Positions 53,101-64,000 of a stretch of DNA of 64,000 nucleotides are shown here, one piece after another. Below the pieces are notes generated by a model. The model saw nothing but the letters and a program-made list of their open reading frames with translations, was not told the DNA's origin and searched no databases. The stretch covers positions 34,452,860-34,516,859 of the forward strand of contig NC_069002.1 in the NCBI RefSeq assembly GCF_001194135.2, written 5' to 3'. A program made the position numbers and the translations under genes. Positions within the stretch are counted from its first letter, which is position 1. Every line of letters starts with the position of its first letter. Source of the DNA: Octopus bimaculoides (taxonomy: Eukaryota).

Positions 53101-53454
53101 TCTGAAAAGATCAATGGATATAAATAATGCATGCGTCGCGCAAATTTCCTCTTTTGATGAGTTATTTTCGACATCCCCAATTTTTGTTTCTGCAGAGTGT
53201 AATACAAATATGTAATTCTAGAAACATATTTTAGGAAAGCCTTTCAATTAGTAAATGAAACACATACACTGTCGCATTCAGTCCGTAAAATGACTATAAA
53301 TTGGACTTTAGTGCTGTAGAATTGTCTTGCTATATTTACATCATTCGTAGCTGAATTGTAGTACTTCACATTCATAGAAACATGCCTTCGTGCATAGCTA
53401 TCTCTCTACCTTTTCTCCCTTCTCTCTCTCTTTCTGTTTATATATATAAATACA

Positions 53455-53473
53455 TGGATAGAGATAGATAGAC

Positions 53474-53504
<31 letters not shown>

Positions 53505-53530
53505 AAGATAGATAGATAGATAGATAGAGG
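53455..53530. repeat. (GATA)n tetranucleotide microsatellite
   Basis: Direct inspection. Confidence 0.95.
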
Positions 53531-56500
53531 TGTATATGTGTGTCAGCTTACATGTATGCATAATATTCTCTACCCTACCTATCTTACACTATATCCTCAA
53601 AGCGACACAGACACATGTTTTAAGAAGAGGGCGGAGACGGAATCAGCAGAAGAGACCACAGCACTATAGCATTCATTCCAAGAAGATGTTATCGATCGTT
53701 AATTAGCAGAATATATAAAAGTATTCACTTGTACAAAGTAATATTGGCATAACATTATCACCAATTTCTCTTCATCTAATCGATAGCTAATAGAAGAACG
53801 AATAAAATAACTTAAAATTGTAATATTAATAATTCAATCTTTGTTTTATATTTGGGTATTTTTTAATATTATTTTGAAGTTATATATTTTCTTGTTATTC
53901 ATCTCTGATAAAAAAAAAAATCGAAAATCGTAGAAAGTATGAAAAACAGAAGTAGGAAAAACTTAATGAAATAGAAGCGATGCAAAAATTAATTCCAAAA
54001 TGCAAATTATTTTGTCAAAAATATTTTTTAAAAACCTATAGTTTAGTTAATTAAATATCTTTCCCTATGTACATAAATCTACTTACATATAGAGAAAACA
54101 ATGAAAAATATAAATAATAATGGTATGAATAATAAATATTAAAACAATTATATCTGGACGATATGATATGAGTAATAATTAATGCCTCGTTAATAATATG
54201 ACGTGGTTTTCTTTTAGATGTTTTATAGTTCATTAATTTTTAATGAATACATGAAATCTGTAATATGATCCTACATAAGTCAATACACTCTCGCAATATC
54301 GACAATTTACGTTGATAGCTTATTAAGGAAAGCGACTTAATTAATTTGAATGATGTTTTATTTGTGAGTTTATTTGACTTTAAGCGCACTCTGTTTTGTT
54401 TTTCAACAATTTTAAATTGAATTTATTTTAGGATGTATTTCAGGTATACGTTTCTCGGTTACCTGCCATAATCTTATAAGGTACACAAGCATTCATTTAT
54501 ATATCGTGAATAAACCACATATTTTTATCGGAGTCATCGTATACTCATCTGAAATACCTGGCGGCTGTCAATTGACTTGTCAGTTTTAGAATGTTTCAGA
54601 TAGAACAACAAAGATATACATGTTTCTAATTCAGGAGCTAATACGAGCCAATTGAGTGCAGGAAGACATTTTACCTATCACAACACCAACGGACGCATCC
54701 TACTACATTTCTCTAATCACTAGAATCACAAAGCGCTTTCTCTCTCTCCATTAATAAAGGTGCATACATTTGACGAGTGTATGCCTACCGTATATACCCG
54801 CCTTGCATTCGATGTCATAATTCCTTGACATTGTACTTAATATGTCGAACATTTGGCTGATAACTATAGGCTTTTCTTTACGAGATCATTCATTACATTA
54901 GTTGAAAAATACACGTGTCTAATATAAGAGTAAGATCAACCTCCAATTACACCGATAAATTATTTCAATGTTTCATAAGTTATCAAGGTCAAATATAGAG
55001 GGCCTTTGTAAAAGAGTTTCGTTAAAGAAGATGAGAAATTTAGCAGTGTCGATGTTCAAACATTTCTGATGTTAGCAGATATACTTTCCTGGAGGAACAT
55101 TATCGACGGTGTAGGTTTGCTCTTTCTGATGACAATATTGTGGTTCTTTGTCCAGCACTGAGATATGGCAGAAACTGAAGTATGATCAGTGGCTCAGAGG
55201 AAATTTTATTCATGCCATGGTGCTTAAGATCTAAACGGTTAATTTTACTGTAGCATTCATTTTAAGAAGAAATGGAGACAATTGGTGAAAATTTGTCTCC
55301 ACGACTGTTAAGTAGATGCTCCCTTATTGTTCCCAAATGAAATTAGCAAATATGGTAGATCGTCTTATGGCAAAACAAAAGATATGGCTGTCAGAAGAAA
55401 CGAATCCATTCCATTTCTGCTACATAGTAGAAAACGGAATAAAGTAAACACTGAAAAATTATATTAAAATAGTTGTTGTGGCAAGGTAGAGATCAGACGT
55501 CTTTTGTAGATAAAGTCGATAAATCAGTTAGTAATCTTCTTTTATCTTATCACTATAATCCATTATGTCTGTATTAGGCAGACAATCCTGTTGCTTTTAT
55601 ACGATGTTTTGACTGCGTAAATTTAATGGTGACGATGAACATAGTTGGTATGTTGAAATAGGTTCGTATTTCTCGAGTAATTTTGTCCTGTCTATGAATT
55701 AGGTAATTCCAGTTTCCTTTGGGACATTATCCCACAAATACCACGTTATTATGTATTTCATGTTACGATGTCTATTATTTGTGCCTGTGGTATATTTGAC
55801 CAATACGTAGATCCCATTAATAATTTAGTGCACATGGTTTATTTATTCATTATCTGCATTTTAGGGATACTTTTGCCTTTCCGAAATATACTCTGAGAAT
55901 AGAGGGACACGGCAGTTTCTTGAAGTAAATGCAAAATGCTTATAGGGAGACGAGTGTAAAGTAATACCTATCTCATAGAACTAACCCGGTAATAAACCAC
56001 AGTAATACATATTATATAACTTACGACGCTTTCGTTCACAATTACTTTACAGGACTCTGAATGAATTTTTGTGAATTACAAAACAACTACTAGAAATAAT
56101 AATCAAGTCTCCCACAATTCACAACCTAATGTATTAAATAGGAAAGTGCTTTTTTTCCCCATCATTGGAAATATAGAAAATCCCAGACGGAGCATCTGAA
56201 AATTCCTCAGATGATATGTGATCTATACAGCTACGAATTGTTACTCACCACAGCGACTGTAACAACAACAACATAACTATATTACTTTGAAAGAATTTGG
56301 GTGACAACATGTGAAATTCAAAGAAGATATAATGATTGGTTAACACAAGTGCAGCTCTTTAATGTTCTGCCAAGATTTACCGAACAGTCACGAATATTTT
56401 CACATTGCAATCGAAACGCTACATACATAGATCGAATAAAGGCGTTCTAAATTGGGGCCATCTGTCCTCCTCAGGTTCCCTTGGTCTAATTTCGCTAATA

Positions 56501-58357
56501 AGCTTAGAAATTTTCCAAAGATAGAAATATCACTGATTAACTAAAGTGTCATTCTATTTGATAGCATGACTTCGCAAGATATCGTTTCAAAATATATTTT
56601 TGGAGTTGAAAACTTATACCGAATGTTCTGTGAGATATCATTGCACTACGCCATTGCCACTGTAAAGCTATGACCGAAATTGCTATATTAGGATCGTGAA
56701 CTCATGTAGACCAAACCCGAAGTTGCTTACATAGAGTGCAGAGACACTCCAACATGTGCAAACAGTCACAGATGGTCTTATTCTCGTGCGAGTGTGTGTG
56801 CGTCTGTGTCTGCGTGTGTCTATGCTTCCGTGTGTATTTGTGTCTTTGTGTGCGTGCGTGTATGCGATGTTTGTTGCTCTATCTGCCGCATCATTCTCTC
56901 AAAAAATATATCTAAACTACCATGGTATCTATCAAAAACCTTAGTCTAAATATATGGTCCTCTCTGTCTGGACCTACATATTTCATGGTGGACGGGTCTT
57001 CTCCATTCTCTTACTCGTAACAACATAACAGCAGAAACGATGAAAACGTACGGAAGCCATTATAAATCCTAGATACACAATGTTGCAAAGATTGACTGCA
57101 CGCTAACGCTGGAATCATTTAATCAGAGATACCTCTCTAATATAAGGCTGATACGGGATTAAGTGATCAGAATAATCAACAATCAATGAATGTATTAAAT
57201 AAATCATGAGACATATTCATTCATTCATATATAAGTAAATGACTAAAAGAAGCGACATAGCGTAAGCGGAGAGGTCAGGTTAAGAAGCAAGACGAAAATA
57301 TGAAAAATATATATAAAAATAAATGGAATTATTCTGTTCAGACATTTTACAATTATGTTGCAGTCCTGTCAGTCAGGAGGCCAAGAAATATCTTCATAAT
57401 TACTCTATTGTAATTTCTCTATTAACTAAATTAGCTTTAATTAGAATTATTCATGAACTTAATCATACTAATTATAATGTCTATTCAAGATCGGTGGAAG
57501 ATATTTTGTTTTAATTTTATCACTTTCAAAAGGTCGCATTTTCTAATTTTCATATTTTTTTTCGTTAATCAGTGGACATTCAACTACAAGAAAATATTAA
57601 GTACTATTTCATCCATGTACAATATCCTTTCATTGGAGATTGCCTGGAGATAGCTGTGTGATTGAGACAAATTATAGATGTCCGAAGACAGTGCCAAAAG
57701 CTGTCAAAGAAAATAAAATGATAAACAATAACTAAAGACACAACATACACTCATTAATGAGCAGAACAACGTCCGCTGTCTACAAAGAAATCAGCAACAA
57801 TAAACATCTGTCTGGCTATCTATTTCTCTATACATACATGCATATTCACACCCACAAAAAAACACACGCAAACAGGCACATATACCTATATATGCATACA
57901 TATACTCACACGCATATCTTATAATATATGCATGAATATATATGTGTGTGTGCGTGTGTGTGTGTGAGTGCGTGTGTGTGAGTGTGTGTGTGTGCGTGTG
58001 TGTGTGTGTCTTATGGTGAGAAAAAAATCGTTACTTCTAATAATGTTCATAGCTCGTTTTGAGATTTTAGAACTAGTTACTTTGCTCGTTACGAGATCAG
58101 CGGCTGTCTGCTGCTTCTGTGTTTATATGTTGTGAGTAGAGATGATTGACTGCCATCTCTAGCTGGCAATTATCCCGCACTCATGGAGGCTAAAAACCCA
58201 GAGACAATGGTCTCCAGGTCTTGTCAAGGTGGGTGGGGGGTACGCTCCCTTACTGAAAAAATATAGGACACACTTTGAATGAGTTAAAATGTAGTAACAT
58301 AGTTCTTTATAGAGCAACCACGTTATTGTGGCAAAAAAAGTTACTCTCTCTCTCTCT

Positions 58358-58396
<39 letters not shown>

Positions 58397-58879
58397 TGTG
58401 TGTGTGCGTGTGTGTGTGTGTGTGTGCAAACACGAACCACCTCACATTGAAACTGTCACGTGTTGCATATGAAAATAAGTATTAAGGCTTACCTTTTATT
58501 CAGCGGTCTGGGGGGTCCCGACATTGGGAATAATGAAAGGATTATAAACTCGACAAGTCAAAATTGTGAAGACTTGTTAAGACCACTGACTTTTTAACAG
58601 GATGTTTTCTTCTGGCTCCCACATCTTGAGAAGAAAGGAATCACATACACGTATTTGTCTCATCCTGATGTACGTTTTGCCAAGCGATTCTAATGTTAGA
58701 GTCTGGTACCCTACTACGGCTTCGGTTCATATAAAGTTTTCACCGATGTTCATAGCCTTCCTTTTGAAATCTCCCATCCAGCAAGAGTTGACAAAATATG
58801 GTGTCCACTTAACCTTTTCATCGAGTTCCGAAACGTTGATTTTGGGAAGGTGAAAATTGTTTCTCAATAGTTTTGTATT

Positions 58880-59110
58880 TAAAGTCGATAAGTTCCTTTT
58901 CTTCTTCTTCTTCTCATCCTCCTCTACCTCCTCGTCCTTCTCTTCCTCTTCCTCCTCTTCCACCTCTTCCACCTCCACGTCCTTCCTTTTTCCTCTTCCT
59001 CCTTTTTTCCTTCTTTTTCCTCTTCCTCCACCTCCTCCTTTTCGTTGTTGTTGTTGTTTTTCTTCTCCTCATCTTCCTTCTCCTCCTGCTGTTCATCTCC
59101 TTCCACAATT
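58880..59110. repeat. (CTT)n/(CCT)n pyrimidine-rich low-complexity tract
   Basis: Direct inspection. It explains the poly-Glu, poly-Arg and poly-Pro ORFs. Confidence 0.95.
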
Positions 59111-61668
59111 AGCATAGACGTATGGGGAAAATGATATTTTTCCGGAACCTACTATTTTGTTATCATTATTCTTGTCGTGGTTCCTGAGTCTTTTTGCTCA
59201 CCATTGTTATTTCATATAAACTAATATCTTTCAGGTACTACCATTCAGGTATTTTTGAGTCAGTGTGTTTGTGTTTGTGTGTGTATGCATGTATGTCCAC
59301 ATACCTGATGTGTGCGTTCAGCAATTCTTCAACCCTTTTATTTACTTTGGATTTGTATGAAGGAAAGAAACATGGCCGAATACTAAAAGAATATTTGAAT
59401 GAAAGCTTTGTTGTCCATTGCTGTCAAATTGTAGCTCTCCCAATTCATACCTTTCAGGTAAGACATTTCTGATATTCATCATTTTCCGTACATAATCCAT
59501 ATTTCAAAACCTCTATCCAATTATTTTCACTGTACATCTCGCAGCAGGAACTGCCATTTGCAAACAGCAAATTAGAGTGAGGAAAATGGAACCAAAAAAA
59601 AAGGAGTAAATAGGAACTAAAAACAAAAACAAAAAAAATAGAAATAATTTTCTAATAACGACTGGTGTCTATTCATTCCAGAATCTCATATATGTGTATT
59701 TGTGTGTGGGCGGATACACCTGTATGTGTATGAGAGAGAGAGTGAGAGAATGTGACATAAAAAGAAATTATGTGTGTAAAATTGTGTGCGTGCCTCCGTG
59801 TGTACGTATACACCCTCCCTATATATACATATATACATAGATGAAACTTATGCACAGTTTCCCATATCGGTGATCTTTCCAATATAAATACAATAATCAT
59901 GCACATATATATGTGCTAAACACATGAGCAGGTTTTTCCAGGAGAACATATCTACAGACAATAGAATTTATCTTGAATATATCCACCATTATTACATACA
60001 TATTTCCTCAATCTCTTGTACGACTTTGACGGAATTACTACATCTACTTTACACTTTGATTAGAAAGCAAAATAGTGTATAATAACTAAAGCAGTGAAGC
60101 ATTGAACCACCGTCAAGCTAAGATGTAAACTGTTGCTTTAGTCAATAAGTTAGCGGGATTGAACGAAGGGTATGCTTATGTGTGGTCTTTCTCCTTGCTA
60201 GAAAAAGCTGATTAGTCTTCCTTTTCTCATATTTAACAATTAAAATAATATGCATTTGAGTATATAGTTCTGGATGGAGAATTTGGAAATAAAATGAGAT
60301 ACAAATTCTTTGAAGTCTTTTATCAGACTTTGATATAGTTAAATCTGACGTTTGGGTCGACATTCACGCAAATATCTTTCAGTTGTGAATTGTACGTTAG
60401 TTTTAAACAATTTGTTTATAATTGTTCCTTGTTAAAGCACAAAGCTAGTAATTTAAAACTGTGAGCATAATGGATAAAATCTAAGCCAGTCATTGACCAA
60501 TACGATGCTTTATAAACATGGATGTGCCTTATGAACAATCGTCAAAGTAAGGTTGAATTGTGGATGATAGGTCTAGGGCATAGCGCTATAAGTTTCAACA
60601 TAGATGTAAGACATTTTGTGTTAGGTCTCTCAAAAGAATGCTTCTGTTTATACGACCAATATTTTCATACATATAAATATACACGGGAAGGCAAAACATT
60701 CTAATACTAAAAAAGAAATTGAGAAATGTAAATAATATTCTACTGACATTAAGTAACTGTATACCTACATTTGCCAACGCCATTATATAAGTGTATATAT
60801 AAACAAACATTTATATTTATCTGTGTATACGTATACATGTATATGTATATGTAGGTGTATGTTTAAGTGTATGTGTGAGCGTGTTTGTTCTAACGTAAAT
60901 ATATATTATATCTTTTTGGTAGCTGCAAGACAAACTGTCGTTTTTCTTTTTAAAAAGTAACGTTCGTTTTCTTATAAGCTACTCTAATGACTGAATATTA
61001 AACTAAGACCTAATCAATACATCCAAATAATAGTAATATCGATGATTCTTGCCTTTTCATTGTTAGAATGATTGTTTTTGCGACTACTTCCTGTTCTTCG
61101 TTTCACTGCTGTTTTTACAGCTATATTTTTTTGTATATTCTCGCTTCCGATATTTATTATACTGTATATATATATATATATNNNNNNNNNNNNNNNNNNN
61201 NNNNNNNNNNNNNNNNNNNNNNNNNNNNNNNNNNNNNNNNNNNNNNNNNNNNNNNNNNNNNNNNNNNNNNNNNNNNNNNNNNNNNNNNNNNNNNNNNNNN
61301 NNNNNNNNNNNNNNNNNNNNNNNNNNNNNNNNNNNNNNNNNNNNNNNNNNNNNNNNNNNNNNNNNNNNNNNNNNNNNNNNNNNNNNNNNNNNNNNNNNNN
61401 NNNNNNNNNNNNNNNNNNNNNNNNNNNNNNNNNNNNNNNNNNNNNNNNNNNNNNNNNNNNNNNNNNNNNNNNNNNNNNNNNNNNNNNNNNNNNNNNNNNN
61501 NNNNNNNNNNNNNNNNNNNNNNNNNNNNNNNNNNNNNNNNNNNNNNNNNNNNNNNNNNNNNNNNNNNNNNNNNNNNNNNNNNNNNNNNNNNNNNNNNNNN
61601 NNNNNNNNNNNNNNNNNNNNNNNNNNNNNNNNNNNNNNNNNNNNNNNNNNNNNNNNNNNNNNNNNATA

Positions 61669-61702
<34 letters not shown>

Positions 61703-62099
61703 TGTGTGTATGTATGTATGTATACATATGATTACACATACGTATATATTGTTTGTATGTTTCTCATTAATAATAAAATAATGATATATATGCACCTTAC
61801 AACTTATGCTTTGTAAGCTGATAGTAATTCCTTATTGCGTATTGTTAACATTTTTCTTCGTAATTTGCGGGTCATTGTTTGGGCGTCGTATGGAGGTTAA
61901 ATGTCACAGTGTAGTGTTAGTTTCCTGAAGAAATATTATCCAATAATTGTATATATCAGCAACAATTCACCGCATTCTAACGAGATCTTGGAATGTCTCA
62001 CGTATTCAAACACATTGCTATACGATTTCAGTTATAAGCTATATATATGTGTGTGTGCACGTGTGTGTGTATATATATAGTAGTCACTCGCATGTAAAG

Positions 62100-62520
62100 A
62101 AAAATATTCGACAGTTGTTCGATGAAATTATCATACAGCTGCTGCCTCAATATTAAGAACACCATTACGCACAATCACCAACAAGAAACTACATCCAGTT
62201 GTAACTGTGGAGACCCAGGAACATGTCCACTCGATTAGGGCTTCATGGCGAAATCTATCATATACGAGGTAGACGTTATAGCAACCCTAGATCAAAACAT
62301 AACCTGAAACAGGCGTTGCATGGTGTTATGTTTAGGTGACTTCAAGAATTGTTATTCTAACCACATATCTTATTTCCGACTCGGTGACAAAAATAAAGCC
62401 ACAAAGTTGGCAAACCACGTATTGGGTTTGAAGTCTAACGCCACCCCAAATACAATCAAGTAGAATATAGTTAAAACATCTAGGCCATATATTAATGGAC
62501 ACAAAAAACGAGTTATGCAT
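62100..62520 (+). mobile_element. Penelope-like element remnant: RT-EN linker and GIY-YIG endonuclease
   Basis: A single frame from 62128 with three stops: LSYSCCLNIKNTITHN..SCNCGDPGTCPLD*GFMAKSIIYEVDV..GDFKNCYSNHISYFR..NKATKLANHVLGLK..IK*NIVKTSRPYING. It matches PLE motifs LSYSCMPN, CNC..CPL, VIY, FKxRYxNH, TxLSxHIW and KWxI. Confidence 0.88.
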
Positions 62521-62559
62521 AGCTGAATCCTTATACTCCTGAATTCCAGATCTAAAATT

Positions 62560-62668
62560 TTGTTTCTACCAAATCCCCTCAGAAGGCTTTTGTTTTCCTT
62601 GTGGTATAGTAGAAGGTACCACACACTGGCTGGGAAACAAACCTTATACCACACAGCCACGCCTGATA
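62560..62668 (-). mobile_element. SINE family C head fragment next to the Penelope remnant
   Basis: CTACCAAATCCCCTCAGAAGGC..TATAGTAGAAGG..ACCACACAGCCACGCCT. Confidence 0.7.
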
Positions 62669-63367
62669 TCATAACCAGAATTACAATTAGGAATAGAAAT
62701 TTAGCACATAATTATTGAGATCCGAATTTGATATCTGTATTTGTTTTCATCGGATCCTTTCAGTATTTATGGTTAACATCGACCAAATAGATACAGAACG
62801 AGCAACAATAATCCAAATAACCATACAACGCGCAACTTAACTAATATCAATAATCTTATTCAAATGGCCTTATATATCTGAATTAATGGTTGGGTATTAA
62901 TATAATCCCCTAAATTGAATTATTAGCCATTCCTTGAACAACTGTGATAATTGTTTTGCTAGATGAGAGCTGTCCTGCAGCGAGAAAACCAACCAAGCGC
63001 AAAGCGTCACGTTGTTTCTATACACAGACATGTACAAAATTTGCAGCTAATCAGATTTATATATGCTGTTGAAATCTTTTCTATACACAGCTATCTGCGT
63101 AAACTGACACGCCATAAAAGTAAGATTTGTGAATATTTTGTATGTGGAAATAGAAACATGATATATACAGCAAATGATATTCATAATAATAATAAGAATA
63201 TTTCTTTTTTAAATTCCCAAATTAATGCATAGCTTCTAGATGAACAAATATATTGCACACCAGAATATTTCGGGTGCTGAGTTTCTCATATCCATGACGA
63301 ATCAATTCCACATATAATATCTAGATCTGTCGGGCCTTGTGTGTTGAGTAGAAAAGAATATCTAGAT

Positions 63368-63737
63368 CAGTGATTTTCAACCACTTTTTACATATTGATA
63401 CGTCTATTACTATTTTATCGTGATGGAATATCCCTTATAAACATTCGATGTGTAAAGACTAAATATGTAATGATTTCTTTTAAAATTCCTATTTTGTTTT
63501 TCACACGTTGGCTTTTGTAGATTCAATTACATAACAAAGGTTTGAGAATGAGAAATTGTTTCTTGTAATGAACACATCTAAATCAAAGTTTTGTTTTTTC
63601 CTTTACCCTTAATATACCACTCTTGATCGCTAATTTAACATTTGGCTTACGCTGACTCCCCAAACATCATATATGGATGTTCGGTGTACATATGGAGCCG
63701 CTGAGGGGGTTATAAGAACTCCAGTTGAGAAACATTG
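63368..63737. mobile_element. Non-autonomous hAT-type (Charlie-like) MITE, 370 bp
   Basis: TIRs CAGTGATTTTCAAC / GTTGAGAAACATTG. 8-bp TSD ATCTAGAT (63360-63367) / ATATGGAT (63738-63745), 6/8 identical; the left copy fits the NTCTAGAN hAT/Charlie target preference. Confidence 0.75.
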
Positions 63738-64000
63738 ATATGGATGGTCAAACGTGGCTCCAACCAAAGATACAGCTAGACTCGAACGACAGAATTGGCC
63801 AATTGATACATTCGCCGGACATTCTGCGAAAGCCACAGCGAAAACAGACGGAAGCCAATATGAACACCAAAGTAAAGCTGTAACTGAAAGTAACGACAAG
63901 TCACAACAGAGATACGAAATAACAACTAATTATAGACACCCCAAAACACACAGGCGTACAAATTAAAATATGTTTATGCTTCTACGTGTGTGTATGCGAA

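Noticed and set aside
55021-55170. Channel-like peptide DILSWRNIIDGVGLLFLMTILWFF
   Set aside because: Weak acceptor, an in-frame stop follows, and no other channel exons were found.
1187-61795. Long ORFs in the track (YIYI, HTHT, CVCV, poly-X, poly-I, poly-E and similar)
   Set aside because: They are translations of microsatellites and N-gaps. Several start at TTG or GTG, which are not normal eukaryotic starts.
63630-63899. 89-aa ORF that looks like a secreted Cys-containing protein
   Set aside because: It starts at TTG with no in-frame ATG, the apparent signal peptide is a pyrimidine-rich tract, and its 3' part lies inside the hAT MITE.

Overview
Eukaryotic, AT-rich, repeat-saturated draft-assembly sequence with 15 N-gaps (about 4 kb in total). 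It is most likely octopus or another coleoid cephalopod; that is an inference from the dominant tRNA-headed SINE families and the extreme (TA)n/(CA)n density. I could not recognise any host protein-coding gene, RNA gene, CRISPR array or prokaryotic feature. Almost all long ORFs in the supplied track are microsatellite or N-gap artefacts, and some start at TTG/GTG. Well-supported features are transposon remnants: a Hsmar1/cecropia-like mariner, two DD37D (maT)-type fragments, an internally deleted irritans-type mariner with intact TIRs and TA TSD, a hAT-type MITE with an 8-bp TSD, a CR1/L2-type RT fragment, a Penelope GIY-YIG fragment, and more than 20 copies of three SINE families (three with clear TSDs, plus one head-to-tail tetramer). 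Several candidate exons and promoter-like arrangements, mostly on the minus strand, are hypotheses only. I found no convincing novel biological system. The best leads are SINE module swapping around a shared Nin/Deu-like core, hammerhead-like motifs, and a possible large minus-strand gene.
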